From positions 8,942 to 72,941 of the forward strand of contig CAVZUW010000007.1 in assembly GCA_963778545.1 (NCBI GenBank): a stretch of 64,000 nt of DNA, given 5' to 3'. The stretch is from an uncultured Actinomycetes bacterium (lineage in GTDB: Bacteria > Actinomycetota > UBA4738 > HRBIN12). Of the stretch, positions 13,229-24,229 are shown piece by piece. Positions within the stretch are counted from its first letter, which is position 1, and the number at the start of each line of letters is the position of its first letter. Under the pieces are notes generated by a model that was not told where the DNA came from, made no database searches, and worked only from the letters and a program-made list of their open reading frames with translations. The position numbers and the translations under genes are program-made.

Positions 13229-13684
13229 TCACGAGACGGTGAAGTCCGTCTGTTGCTGGGTGCCGTAGTAGCGCGTGTGAACGTACTCGTGGTCGGCGAG
13301 GACCCGTAGAGCTTTCGCGACATCCTCCTCGTCCGGGATGCGCACCCACATCGCACAGCGATCCTCTCGGGCGTAGCCCAGGTAGAGCTCCCTGCCCTCG
13401 GAGTCGTCCACGACGGAGCCCACCACCTTGTCCGCCGTGCTTCGCCGACCCGCGAACACCTCGTAGTTCTCCAGGATCTGCTTGCCCGTGTAGAGCTTGA
13501 TGTCTCGAGGAGCGAACCCCTGGGTGACGAGATCCGCCTCCGCCCGTTCCGCCTCGTCCGCGTCGGAAAGGATCACGACGAGGTAGCCCTCGGGCTTGAA
13601 CTTCCACGGATGGGGCGAGGCGTCTTTCGCATAGAAGTCCATCGGGAAGCTGTTCTCACCTTCGTCCATAGGAGCCTTTTCCAT
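13229..13684 (-). CDS. hypothetical protein
   Basis: Internal ATG 13684 of ORF 13229..13756 (MEKAPMDEGENSFPMDFYAKD...). A truncated paralogue lies at 60942..61090 (shared ILSD.DEA....L...GFA.RD.KLYTGKQ). Confidence 0.5.
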   Translation of the reverse strand: MEKAPMDEGENSFPMDFYAKDASPHPWKFKPEGYLVVILSDADEAERAEADLVTQGFAPRDIKLYTGKQILENYEVFAGRRSTADKVVGSVVDDSEGRELYLGYAREDRCAMWVRIPDEEDVAKALRVLADHEYVHTRYYGTQQQTDFTVS

Positions 13685-13739
13685 CCGCACAGGCAAGGCC
13701 TGGCGTCGGGGGCGTCCTCGGTGGTCGTTGCCGACCCGA

Positions 13740-14681
13740 TCATGGCGCGCCTCCATGATCTCGGTACCAGCCGACCGTCTCCGCGATCGCGGTGCTCAGT
13801 GGTGTGGTGGCGGTTCCGAACGTGGACCGGTACTTCGTCGTATCCAGGACGAACGGCTCTTCGAACTCGTAGGCCATCTCTGCCAGGCCTCGCATCATGG
13901 GACTGAACAGCCCCATCGCGCGTACGGCCAGCGTGGGCATGACGCGGACGCCCACGGTCCGTCCGATCTCGCCGCCGACGAGCTCGACGACCGCTCGCGT
14001 CGTCACGGTCTCCGGACCGGGCAGGTGCCACACACCGCCGATGGCTCGCTCGTCGCTGCCGAGTGTGGCGAGGCCGTTCGCGACATCGGGAACGTAGCTG
14101 TACGTATGGGGAAGATCGAGCTTGCCGATGAAGTCGGCGCGCTTCCCGGCGAGGGCGTTGGCGAACACCCGACTGCCGAGCGCGGTCTCGGTGGCGCCCG
14201 CCCCGAAGAGATCCGACGCGCGGCCGATGGCGATGCGAACCCTCCCGGCCTCCGCGGCGGCCAGCAGCTCCCGCGTCATCGCAGCCCGGGTCGTCCCCTT
14301 GACGCTGGTGGCGGCGAGCGGATGGTCCTCCGTCATGGGCTTGCCCCCGCTCGAGCCGTAGCTGTAGAGGTTCTCGAGGGTCACGAGCAGCGCCTCCGTG
14401 CGCTCCGCGGCGGCCAACACCCCCCTCTGCAACGGGGGGAACAGCTCAGGCCACTTCGTGTAGGGGGCGTTGAGACATTGGTAGATGACCGATGCACCTT
14501 TCGATGCGTCGGCGGCGGCTTCGGGATCGGTGGCGTCGGCGGCCCGCCAGTCGACCCCTTCAGGCAACGCCTTCGGGTGGTGCAGTGACACGGCCCGTAC
14601 GTCGTTCCCCGATCTGGCCAGCTGCGCGATCAGAGCGTGCCCTACCTGGCCGGTCCCGAACACGACGTGCTTGTCACTCAT
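13740..14681 (-). CDS. NAD(P)-dependent epimerase/dehydratase-family (SDR) protein
   Basis: 313 aa. N-terminal Rossmann motif VVFGTGQVGHALIAQLARSG, followed by an SDR-like fold-length sequence. Confidence 0.75.
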   Translation of the reverse strand: MSDKHVVFGTGQVGHALIAQLARSGNDVRAVSLHHPKALPEGVDWRAADATDPEAAADASKGASVIYQCLNAPYTKWPELFPPLQRGVLAAAERTEALLVTLENLYSYGSSGGKPMTEDHPLAATSVKGTTRAAMTRELLAAAEAGRVRIAIGRASDLFGAGATETALGSRVFANALAGKRADFIGKLDLPHTYSYVPDVANGLATLGSDERAIGGVWHLPGPETVTTRAVVELVGGEIGRTVGVRVMPTLAVRAMGLFSPMMRGLAEMAYEFEEPFVLDTTKYRSTFGTATTPLSTAIAETVGWYRDHGGAP

Positions 14682-15687
14682 CGTCCTCCTGGATCGCGAT
14701 CAGCGCTCGAGGCACCGTGCGATCACGCGGGCGAGCAGCCCACAGGACGGCTCCGAGGAGCAGGGTCACCGTCGCGGCACCGGACAGACCGGGTACCGCC
14801 CAACGGTCATCGGGGTCCACGCCGATCGCCGTCGTCACGGTCCACCCCAGCGCCCAGCGGCCGCGGAGGCCGGGATCCACGCGAGGCTGCCCTCGAGGAC
14901 GATCGCGGAGCAGCCACCACTGCGCGATCCCGATCGAAGAGACCGGTCACCGCGCCGACGATCGGCAGGTCACCGACCGTGCTCGCCGTAGCCGAAGATC
15001 GCGAACGCGAGGCCGAGGCCGACCGCCGAGACCTACTGCGGTCGCCGCGATCCACCGCGCATCGATGCCGATCCGACGGAGGACCAGCCACTGGGCCGCC
15101 CCGATCACCGAGCCGGCGACGGCTCCGGCGAGGACCGCCGTCCACATCGCGTCGACCGGGCCCGCGACGCCCGCCCTGCGAGTCCGGCGAGCGGGAACGC
15201 AAGCAGGGTCAGCGGCCCAGAAGTTCAGCAAGCGAACTTCACCTGGCGGCGATGATCCCTGCTTGCCGTCCTGTCGAGAGCGGCGCGCATCTCGTCGTTT
15301 GCAACTCGAACGGATTCCATGAGGTGTCCCTTCGGTCAGGTTCGCGGTGCCCGGAACGCCGAGGGTCGATCCCCGCGAGATCGAGAGCGGGGCCACTCCG
15401 CAGGTCGGACGACGTGAGGGCCAGGCGAACGTACGACCGGGCGAGTTGGCTGGCCGATCCCCGTGCGTTCTACCTCCCGCCAGGAACGAGGGTCGGAGTT
15501 GTGCCAATGCTATACCCTTGTCAATCCCGCTCTTCGACGCCCGTGCTCCGAACGACAACCCTGCTTCCATCGGAAAGGGCCCATCTGTTGTTCCCTAACG
15601 AAATGTCAGGGTGCCGGCCGCATGGCAGGGGAGCGTGACGCACAGGGCGGGCGGTCCTCGGGCGGTTCGGGGCTCGACGGCCGCAGG

Positions 15688-16549
15688 TCAGATGGGTTCG
15701 GTCAGTGCTCGCGAGCCGCGGGCTGCGGCACGGAACGTGAGCGCGAGCAGCACGTATGCGGCCCCCCCGGTTATCGCGAGGACGGCGCCTATCGCGCTGA
15801 ACCGCGGCTCAGGCCCTTGTCGGGCTCCCAGCAACGCCGGACCGAGCGCCCGCGTCTCGTTCGTGCCTACCAAAGCTTGGACGATCACGAACTCTCCTAG
15901 CGCCCCCGCGAACACCACCGCCGCGGCCGCCCCGATCGCCGGCGCGAGCTGCGGCAGGAGCACACGCCAGACGACGCCGCCGGGCGGAGCGCCTAGGTCC
16001 GCTGCCATCTCATCCTGCTCGCGGTCGAGCAGGAGGAGCCTGGCCCAGACCACCAGCGTCGCGAGCGGCAGCCCCACCGTGACGAGACCGGCGAGCTGGG
16101 CCTTCGTCCCGAACCACCCGAAATCCCCGAACGGGATGCCGCGGAGCGGGAAGGCGAACAGCAGCCACATCGCGGCTCCGAGGGCGACCGGCGGGATCGC
16201 GATCGCCACGAGCATGGTCCACAGGCCCAGCCGCGGTAGCCGCGATCGCCACCCCCGACATCCCATCGCGAACGCCGTACCGATGGGCAGGGCGATCGCG
16301 GTCGTGAGGGTCGCGAGCCAGAGACTGTGCTCGAGCGCGCTCCGCGCCGCCTGGTCGTACAGGATCGATTCCTGCGCGGCCGGATCGCCGACCCACCACC
16401 GGAGGCTGAACCCCTCCCAATGCGTGATCGAACTGCCCGCGTTGAACGAGTAGACGATCGCAAGGATGAGAGGCCCGAGCGACCACACCAGGTATCCGAC
16501 CGTGATCGCGGCGAGCCACGGCGCGCGCGGCCCCTTCCTCGATCGCCGC
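15688..16549 (-). CDS. ABC-transporter permease (PotC/PotB-like), orphan
   Basis: Starts at internal ATG 16549 of ORF 15688..17604: MRRSRKGPRAPWLAAITVGYLVWSLGPLILAIVYSFN... It continues ...LDREQDEMAADLGAPPGGVVWRVLLPQLAPAI (EAA-loop-like). No ATPase or solute-binding gene is nearby. Confidence 0.65.
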
Positions 16550-17604
16550 ATCAGCGCCCCGATCGCGCCCAACCGCGGTCTACGCGTCTGGACGCACGGA
16601 CGGTCAAGGGCACTGCCCATCCGTTCCTGCCACCAGGCGCGACAGGTCGGCAGGGGGTCTCCGGACCGGGCGCTTGCCACCACGGCGCGAACAGCCGCGA
16701 GCAGCACCTTTGGGTCGTCGTTCATGACGAAATGCCCGCCCGCAGCCTGGACCAACACGGCGTTGGACGAGAGGGTCGCCAGGTCGGCCTGCGTTCGATC
16801 CCAGAGCGACACCGTCAGCACGTCCTCATATCGGCCCGCCTTGACGACCGCGAGGGGCATCTCGCCGTAGTCGCGGGCGGTAGCGCGCAGAGCGCGACGC
16901 GTCGCGTCGATATCGATGAGATCGCCACCGTCTACCCAGTCGCCGGCAGGCGCGTTCCCGTAGTAGCGGCGATAGGGGCCGATCTCGTCCTCGTGTGAGG
17001 AGTCGATCAGAACGAGGCCGGCCGTTTCGCCGGGATAGGTGGCCGCGAACAGCCGGCCAACGAACCCGCCGTACGAATGCGCCACGACAACGTAGGGAGG
17101 GGAGATCGCCGCGCCCTCGAGCAGGTCGTGCAGCTCGCGCGCCTGCAGCAGGCTCGTGACGTGCATGCCGTCGGGGCGGTGATCGCTCGTTCCGGTGCCC
17201 GCGCGGTCGTACGTGCAGACTCGGGAGATCTCCGACAAGGACTCCATCACGTCGAAGTAGGTGCTCGTCCCGGCGGAGTCGTACCCGGCCTCGGCGACGA
17301 TCGTCGGAGAACCACTACCTTGACATACCCAATCCAGTTCGTAACCGCCGACATCGACTCGCCCTGCGGAGGTCGGAGCCGATGACGTCGCACTGGTCGG
17401 CTCCTGTCCTTGATGGCCTGACTGGCAGGCGGACAGCACGATCGCCAGCGCGAGACCAACCTCGATGCCGATCCCTCGCCTGCGTCCTACCGATCTGCGT
17501 CCCACCGACACGGCGCGAGTGTAGTGAGCCCCAGGAACGCGGCGCCAGAGCGCACGGTGCCGACCAGACCGCTCCCTATCTCTTCTCGGCTGCGAGTTCG
17601 ACAC
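16550..17604 (-). CDS. alpha/beta-hydrolase lipoprotein (reads without a stop into the permease frame)
   Basis: N-terminal half of ORF 15688..17604. Lipobox LAIVLSAC, then VVVAHSYGGFVGRLFAA (GxSxG-like nucleophile elbow HSYGG). The true start is probably downstream of 17604, because it overlaps the P450 3' end. Confidence 0.6.
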
Positions 17605-18835
17605 GCACCGGCATGTGCTTGATGCCGTTGATGAAGTTCGAGCGGAGGCGCTCGACCGGTCCGGTGATCTCCAGGCTCGACAGGCGCGGGACGAGCTCCT
17701 CGAACATCACCCGGACCTCCAGACGCGCGAGGTGCGCGCCCAGGCACACGTGCGGCCCGCCGCTACCGAACGCCATGTGCGGGTTCGGGTCGCGGCCGAC
17801 GTCGAAGCGGTCGGCGTCGGGGAAGATCTCCTCGTCGAAGTTGCCCGATACGAACCAGACGACGACCTTGTCGCCCTCGCGGATCGTGGTGCCCCGGAAC
17901 TCGAGATCGCGCATCGCCGTTCGACGGAAATGCATCGTCGGCGAGCCGTACCGCAGGATCTCCTCGGTCGCCGAGGGCATGAGCCCGGGGTCCTCCCGGA
18001 GCCGCCGCCACTGATCGGGATGCTCCACCAGGGCTCGTACGCCGTGGGTGATCGAGTGGCGCGTGGTCTCGTTGCCGGCGACGATCAGCAGGCAGAAGAA
18101 GTTGTCGAACTCGCGCGTGGACAGCCGCTCGCCGTCGACCTCCGCCTGGGTGAGCTTGGTGACCAGGTCGTCCCTGGGGTCCGCCCGTCGCTCCTCGGCG
18201 AGCCGGTGGCCGTAGGCCATGAGCTCCACCGCCGCCGGGCTGCGGAAGGGGAGCAGGCGGTACTCGCTGGTGTCCTCCTTGTCGATCACCGCGCGCGAGT
18301 ACTCGGGATCGGCCTGGGCGATCATCGCGTCGCCCAGCTCGACGCAGATCGGGAGATCCTCGTCGGGGACGCCCATGATCCGCGCGAGGACGCGGATCGG
18401 GAGCTCCCGCGAGATCTCCTCGACGAAGTCGAACTCGCCCTTGGGCAGACCTCGGTCGAGCACGAGCCGAGCCTGCTCGCGGACGAACCCCTCGTACTGG
18501 GCGACCGCGCTCCGCGTGAAGAGCTTCGTGACGAGCCGCCGGAGCCGCGAATGGTTCGGCGGATCCATGTCGATCATCGACGCCCGAGCCTCGACCTCCT
18601 CGTCGTCCTGCTCCTCGAGCGTCACCCCGTGGGCCGACGAGAACGTCTTCGTGTCGCGCAGGATCTCTTCGATGTCGCGGAACCGCGTGATCGCCCAGAA
18701 GCCCTTGCTCGGCGTCGGCTCGGGCTGCCAGTGGACCGGGTCGCGCTCGCGGAGCTCGCGGAAGGCCCAGAGCGGGACCTCCTCGACGAAGGCGTCGTGG
18801 CTCGACAGGTCGATCTCGTCCAGCCGAACGCTCAT
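17576..18835 (-). CDS. cytochrome P450
   Basis: ATG 18835 (MSVRLDEIDL...). I-helix LLIVAGNETT, EILR (ExxR) and heme loop FGSGGPHVCLGAHLA. Confidence 0.9.
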   Translation of the reverse strand: MSVRLDEIDLSSHDAFVEEVPLWAFRELRERDPVHWQPEPTPSKGFWAITRFRDIEEILRDTKTFSSAHGVTLEEQDDEEVEARASMIDMDPPNHSRLRRLVTKLFTRSAVAQYEGFVREQARLVLDRGLPKGEFDFVEEISRELPIRVLARIMGVPDEDLPICVELGDAMIAQADPEYSRAVIDKEDTSEYRLLPFRSPAAVELMAYGHRLAEERRADPRDDLVTKLTQAEVDGERLSTREFDNFFCLLIVAGNETTRHSITHGVRALVEHPDQWRRLREDPGLMPSATEEILRYGSPTMHFRRTAMRDLEFRGTTIREGDKVVVWFVSGNFDEEIFPDADRFDVGRDPNPHMAFGSGGPHVCLGAHLARLEVRVMFEELVPRLSSLEITGPVERLRSNFINGIKHMPVRVELAAEKR

Positions 18836-18916
18836 CGAGGCCTCCTCGGGTGCGACGCCCGGATAGTTTGGCACCGAACGACCGAGCGGGACAACGCCGG
18901 CGGCCGGGCACGGCGA

Positions 18917-20226
18917 TCAGAAGAACGGCAGGTAGTAGTCGAGCTCCCACGGGGTGACCTCGGTGGTCGTCGCGTCGCCGACGGTCTTCGCGTAGCGCTC
19001 CCACTCGGCGCGCTTGAGCTTGGTGAACGTCTCGACGAGCCAGGGCCCGAGCGCCGCGCAGAGCTCGTCGTCGGCCTCGAACGCCGCGAGCGCGGCCTCG
19101 AGGGTCGGCGGCACGCGCCGGTCGGTGTTCGGGGGCTCGCCGGGCGTCTGGGGTTCGGGCGGCGACATCTGGTGCTCGACCCCGAACCGCGCCGCGTGCA
19201 GCACCGCGGCGGCGACCAGGTACGGGTTCGCGGCGCCGTCGGACATGCGGTGCTCGATCCGGGTGCCCTCGCCGCGCGCCGGCGGGATGCGGATGCACAC
19301 GGTGCGGTCGTCGAAGCCCCAGTTCGCCCAGTAGCCGTTCAGCATGTCGGGCTGGAGACGCTTGTAGGCGTTCGCGTGCGGGGCCGCGATCGCCGCGACG
19401 CCCTTCGTGGTGGGCGAGCATCCCCGCGACGCACTCCCTGGTCATGGGCGCGAGGCCGTCGGGCGCGTTCGGGTCGTGCAGGGCGTTCGAACCGTCCTCC
19501 CGTCGGAACGAGATGTTCAGATGCAGCCCGCTGCCGCCGCGATCGTTGAACGGCCGGCCCAGGAACGTCGCGCGCTTGCCCTGCTTGGTCGCGATCTCCT
19601 TGACCAACAGACGGAACAGGAAGCACTCGTCGGCGGCCGCGATCACTTCCTTGTAGCGGATGTTGACCTCGTACGCGGCCGTGTCGAACTCGCTCGCCCA
19701 CCCCTCGATCGGGAACCCGGACCGCTGCGCCGCTGCGACCATCGCGTCGATCGTGCCGCTGGGGTCGACCGCCGCGCCCGTGCCGTAGACGCGGTGCGAG
19801 GGCAGGTCGACGGGCTGCCACCCGCCGTCCGCGCCGGGCTCGAGCAGGTAGAACTCGGACTCGAACGCGAACATCGGCTCCAGCCCCATCGCGCGCCACG
19901 GTTCGACGGCCGTGCGGAGCACCTGCCGCGGGTCGACCTCCAGCGGCTCGCCGTGCTGCTGGACGTCGGCGATGCCGACGATCGTGTCCTCCTCCCAGCC
20001 GGGGCGGAGGGTGTCGCGGTCGATGAACGCCTCGACGTCGGGCAGGCCCGACGTCGAACTGCTGGCGCGAGATGTCGAGGATCTCCTTGTCGGTGGTGAG
20101 CGGGAACACGCCGACGCAGAAGGCCGAGTGACCGGCGTCCGCGACATCGCCGAACAGGTACTTCCCGCGTTCGACACCCAGGACGTCGGAGAACAGGAGG
20201 CGGAGCCGCTTGCCCTTGATGTCCAA
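18917..20226 (-). pseudogene. glutamine-synthetase-family (GlnA/gamma-glutamyl-polyamine synthetase-like) gene with at least three frame changes
   Basis: - N-terminus in ORF 19339..20226: MDIKGKRLRLLFSDVLGVERGKY
- Middle inside ORF 17763..20837: MFAFESEFYLLEP...EGWASEFDTAAYEVNIRY...GKRATFLGRPFNDRGGSGLHLNISF
- C-terminus in ORF 18917..19345: NWGFDDRTVCIRIP...RIEHRMSDGAANPYL. Confidence 0.75.
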
Positions 20227-20311
20227 ATCCGACCTCCTCGATCGGTCGCCCGCTCCGGGACTGCCGAGGATAGTCGAGCCGCCCGAGATGCCGCTCCGGT
20301 AGGGTCCGCCG

Positions 20312-20871
20312 ATGGGCGGGCAGATGGACGAGGAGTTCCGGCTCGAGACCGAACGCCTGCGTCTGCGGCCCTACCGGCTGGAGGACCTCGACGACCTGCA
20401 CGCGATGTTCTCCGACCCCGAGCACATGCGGTGGTACCCGGCGCCGTTCGATCGCGAGACCGCGCGGGCGTGGCTCGAACGCCAGATCGAGGGCTACCGC
20501 ACGCGCGGGTTCGCGCTCCTGATCGTCGAGGACCGTGAGACGGGCGCGTTCCTCGGGACCGCCGGCCCGAGCCTCCTGCAGGTCGAGGGGGTCGACGAGG
20601 TCGAGATCGGCTGGCACACCCGACCGGGTCGCAAGGGTGAGGGGATCGCGCCCGAGGCCGGAGCCGCCGCCCGGGACTGGGCGTTCGACCACCTCGAGAC
20701 GTCGACCACCTGATCGCGCTCGTCCGGCCCGAGAACCTCGCGTCCGGCCGGGTCGCGCAGAAGCTCGGCATGGACGTCGACCGCGAGGTCGACCACAAGG
20801 GCCTCCGCCACCGCGTGTACCGGATCGACCGGGTCACCTGGGCTCGGGCAGTCGAGGGAGGAACACGGTGA
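20312..20871 (+). CDS. GNAT-family (RimJ/RimL-like) N-acetyltransferase, one frame change near ~20700
   Basis: ORF 20312..20713 reads ...LETERLRLRPYRLEDLDDLHAMFSDPEHMRWYP...EIGWHTRPGRKGEGIAPEAGAAARDWAF. The next frame continues ...LIALVRPENLASGRVAQKLGM to TGA 20869-20871. Confidence 0.7.
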
Positions 20872-21252
20872 CCGAACCCTCGTCGCCGAGGTTCCTCGAG
20901 TACCCGTAGACCGCCCCGGCCGCTCGGGCGGCGGGTCCGACCTCACGCAGGGCGTCGGTCGAGGGCTCGGTCCCCGGACGCCAGGTGTCGTCGTCCCACG
21001 AACCGCCGCCTCGCACGGTGATCGCGACGAACTCGCCCTCGGGGATCGACCGTCCTCGTCGTCCGGTTCCACCACGACGTTCGCGACGTTCAGCGTCAGG
21101 TCGGCGAGCTCGTTGCCCCGGCCGAGCCCGATCGCGATCAGCTCGCCGAGCAGCGCGAGGAACGGCTCGACCTCGGTGTCGGCCTGCCAGAGCGCGGGCG
21201 GCCGCTCGACCTTCACGGCGGTCTGGGCCCGGAGCGGCCCGTCGAGATCCAT
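20834..21252 (-). CDS. hypothetical protein (one frame change near ~21040)
   Basis: MDLDGPLRAQTAVKVERPPALWQADTEVEPFLALLGELIAIGLGRGNELADLTLNVANVVVEP (inside ORF 20494..22155) continues in ORF 20834..21016 (GGGSWDDDTWRPGTEPS...). It lies directly downstream of the FAH gene. Confidence 0.35.
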
Positions 21253-22103
21253 CAGCCCTTCTTCGGCGGACGGATCCCGCGGAACTCCCAGTCGCCGCCG
21301 AACGCGGTCGAGACGACCTCCTCGGACGCGCTCGGCTGCGCGCCGACGTCCTCGCGGATCGGGACGCCGCCCTCGACGATCCGGTTGCGCAGGGTGCCGA
21401 GCCCCTCGACCTCGACCTCGACGACGTCGCCGGGTTCGACCGGGCGGGAGTTCGCCGGCGTCCCCGACAGGATCACGTCGCCGGGCACGAGCGTGATCGT
21501 TCGCGCGATGTCGGCGACCAGGTAGTGCATGTCCCACATCATCTCGTCGGTCGAGCCGTCCTGACGGACGTCGCCGTTCACGAGCGTCCGGATCCGCTTG
21601 CCGCGGAAGTCCCAGTCGTCCACCAGACCCGGCCCGAGCGGGCAGAGCGTGTCCGAGCCCTTCACCCGCAGCATCGAACCCGCGTCCGTGTCGCGGAAGT
21701 CGTGCAGGCCGTAGTCGTTCGCGACCGTGTAGCCGGCGATGTGGTCGGCGACGTCGTCGGGCCCGATGTGTCGCGTCTCGCGGCCGATCACGATCGCGAT
21801 CTCGCCCTCGTAGTTCAGGTAGCGGCACCTCGGCGGCCGAACGACCTCGCCACCGTGCGCGTTGAGCGCGCTGACGGGCTTGTGGAAGTACGTGGGCGCC
21901 GGCGGCATCTGCGCGAGGAACTCCCTGACCCGGCTCTCGTAGTTCAGGTGCACGCAGACGATCTTGGTCGGCTCGGTGGGAGCGAGGTGCTCGGCGCTCC
22001 CGAGCGGGATCCGGGCGCCGTCGGGGGCGACCAGCTCGTCGCCGTCGCGCTCGACGGTCGTCGGGACGCCGTCGAGCAGGATCCGTCGTGTCTCCACACG
22101 CAC
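21252..22103 (-). CDS. fumarylacetoacetate hydrolase (FAH)-family protein
   Basis: 283 aa: KIVCVHLNYESRV...LNYEGEIAIVIGRE...GYTVANDYGLHDF...LVPGDVILSGTPA. Confidence 0.85.
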   Translation of the reverse strand: MRVETRRILLDGVPTTVERDGDELVAPDGARIPLGSAEHLAPTEPTKIVCVHLNYESRVREFLAQMPPAPTYFHKPVSALNAHGGEVVRPPRCRYLNYEGEIAIVIGRETRHIGPDDVADHIAGYTVANDYGLHDFRDTDAGSMLRVKGSDTLCPLGPGLVDDWDFRGKRIRTLVNGDVRQDGSTDEMMWDMHYLVADIARTITLVPGDVILSGTPANSRPVEPGDVVEVEVEGLGTLRNRIVEGGVPIREDVGAQPSASEEVVSTAFGGDWEFRGIRPPKKG

Positions 22104-22141
22104 CTCCGGGTCGTTCGGGACCGACCGGTAGTATCTCGCCC

Positions 22142-22930
22142 GTGGCCGAGCTCAAGGGGTTCGTTCCGCCGCTCTCGCCCGAAGGCCGGTCCTCCGTGGT
22201 GCCCGGTCCGCCGTGGCACTACTCGGGCGACCTGCTGACGATCGAGTACCGGGCGGCCCCGGGATCGGTCGCGCGCTGGCTGCCGGACCCCGTCGAGCCG
22301 GCCGAGGACGACCCGGACGCCGTCGCCGTGATCTTCGCCGACTGGCAGTCGTGCTCGGATTCGTTCGAGGAGGTCCTGGACCCGGTGCGCTCCCAGTACA
22401 AGGAGGCATTCGTCGTCGTCCGGTGCCGGTACCGGGGCGAGACGTACTCGCGCTGCATCCTGATCTGGGTCGACAAGGACTTCGCGATGGTGCGGGGCTG
22501 GCACCAGGGCTATCCGAAGAAGCTCGGCTCGATCTGGATCACGCGTCCGATCCGTCACGGCAAGGCGGGTCCCCGGCTGGAGCCCGGTGGGCGGTTCGGC
22601 GCGAGCGTGAGCGTGCACGACCGCCGGGTCGTCGACGCCGGCTTCACGATCACCGGACCGGCCGAGACCAACGGGTTCGTGAACGCGCTCCCGATGCTGC
22701 ACTCGCGGTACTTCCCGAGCATCGAGGAGGGGTCGCCGCCCTCGATGGACGAGCTCGTCACGATGAAGAGCTACGACTGGGAGGGCTCGGACGTCTGGAC
22801 CGGGGACGCGACGCTCTCGTTCGGCGCCTCGCCGGTCGAGGAGCTCGAGAGCCTCGCGCCCGTCGAGATGATCGCCGGCTACTGGCGCAGCGTCGGCGTG
22901 ACGTGGGGCATCGGCACGAGGCTCGCCTGA
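22142..22930 (+). CDS. acetoacetate decarboxylase (ADC)-family protein
   Basis: GTG 22142 within ORF 22088..22930: PPWHYSGDLLTIEYRA...EAFVVVRCRYRGE...ILIWVDKDFAMVRGWHQGYPKK... Confidence 0.6.
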   Translation: MAELKGFVPPLSPEGRSSVVPGPPWHYSGDLLTIEYRAAPGSVARWLPDPVEPAEDDPDAVAVIFADWQSCSDSFEEVLDPVRSQYKEAFVVVRCRYRGETYSRCILIWVDKDFAMVRGWHQGYPKKLGSIWITRPIRHGKAGPRLEPGGRFGASVSVHDRRVVDAGFTITGPAETNGFVNALPMLHSRYFPSIEEGSPPSMDELVTMKSYDWEGSDVWTGDATLSFGASPVEELESLAPVEMIAGYWRSVGVTWGIGTRLA

Positions 22931-22934
22931 CCCG

Positions 22935-24185
22935 TTGACGCAGGCGCTCCGAACGATCGACCGGTCGACCGCGCGCCGGCTCGCCGTCGCGGTGCAGCGC
23001 CTCTCGGGCACGCCGCCCCGCTCGAGCCCACGGGCCGTGCTCGGCGTGATCCGCTCGATCCGGTGCGTGCAGCTCGACCCGATCGCGGTCGTGGCGCGGA
23101 GCCCGCACCTGGTGCTCGGGAGCCGGGTCGCGGGGTTCGACCCCAAGCACCTGGACCGCCTGCTGTGGCGCGACCGCTCGGTCTACGAGTACTGGGCGCA
23201 CGCGGCGTCGATCGTCCTCGCCGAGGACCACCCGATCCACGCCTGGTACATGCGGCAGTACCCGCGGGACGACGGGTCGGGGTGGGACCGGCGGCGCCTC
23301 AGTTGGATGGCGGCCAACGCGAAGCTCAAGCGTTCCGTCATGACGCAGATCCGTCGCGAGGGGCCGGTGCTCGCGCGCCGGATCTCCGGTGGCATGACGG
23401 GGGAGTCGTGGCGCTCGAGCGGCTGGACGAACGAGCGCAACGTGGACCGGATGCTCGGGTTCCTGTGGGCGTCGGGCGCGATCATGGTCGCCGGCCGCGA
23501 GGGCATCCAGAAGCTCTGGGACCTGACCGAACGCGTCCTGTCGCCGGACGCGCCCCGCGAACGCCTGTCCGACCTCGAGGTGACGCGGCGCGCGGTGGAT
23601 CGCTCGCTCCACGGCCTGGGGGTGGGGACCGCCAAACAGATCAAGACGCACTTCACCAGGGACCGGTACCCCGAGCTCCAGCGTGTGCTCGCCGAGTTCG
23701 AGCGCGCCGGGAGGATCGAACGCGTGACCGTCGAGCACGACGGCGCGCCGATCCCCGGCACCTGGTTCGTCCACCGGGACGAACTCCCGCTGCTCGAACG
23801 GATCGAGCGAGGGCCGGTGGGAGCCGCGCACCACGATGCTGTCGCCGTTCGACAACCTGATCGCCGATCGCGCCCGCACGGAGCTGCTGTTCGACCTCCC
23901 GTACCGGATGGAGATCTACGTCCCCAAGGACAAGCGGATCTACGGCTACTACGCGATGCCCGTGCTCGACGGGGACCGGTTCGTCGCGCTCGTCGACCCC
24001 GCGATGGACCGCGCGAAGGGCGCCTGCTCGTGCGGGGTGTCCACGCCGCGCCCGGGACCACGCCGACCGCCGAGGTCTGGCGTTCGGTCGCCGGGGCGGT
24101 GGGGGAGCTCGCCGGATGGCTCGGCGCGACCGAGATCGAGCTCGAGGCCCCGGCGCCGGCGGCCTTCCGGACCGCGTTGCGCTGA
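22935..24185 (+). CDS. YcaQ-like winged-helix DNA-glycosylase family protein (two compensating frame changes near ~23825 and ~24020)
   Basis: [24 protein letters not shown]...[11 protein letters not shown]...[27 protein letters not shown]. The middle segment is in ORF 23836..24219 ([58 protein letters not shown]). Confidence 0.65.
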   Translation: MTQALRTIDRSTARRLAVAVQRLSGTPPRSSPRAVLGVIRSIRCVQLDPIAVVARSPHLVLGSRVAGFDPKHLDRLLWRDRSVYEYWAHAASIVLAEDHPIHAWYMRQYPRDDGSGWDRRRLSWMAANAKLKRSVMTQIRREGPVLARRISGGMTGESWRSSGWTNERNVDRMLGFLWASGAIMVAGREGIQKLWDLTERVLSPDAPRERLSDLEVTRRAVDRSLHGLGVGTAKQIKTHFTRDRYPELQRVLAEFERAGRIERVTVEHDGAPIPGTWFVHRDELPLLERIERGPVGAAHHDAVAVRQPDRRSRPHGAAVRPPVPDGDLRPQGQADLRLLRDARARRGPVRRARRPRDGPREGRLLVRGVHAAPGTTPTAEVWRSVAGAVGELAGWLGATEIELEAPAPAAFRTALR

Positions 24186-24229
24186 GCCGCTCGCCGGGCC
24201 CGAGCGGGGCGTGCGGTAGCCTCGGGCCG

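Noticed and set aside
14674-15570. Membrane-protein-like fragments on the minus strand (ORFs 14674..14880 and 14947..15570).
   Set aside because: They are frame-broken with no recognisable family and an uncertain start and stop. They are mentioned only as part of the decayed region next to the orphan permease.
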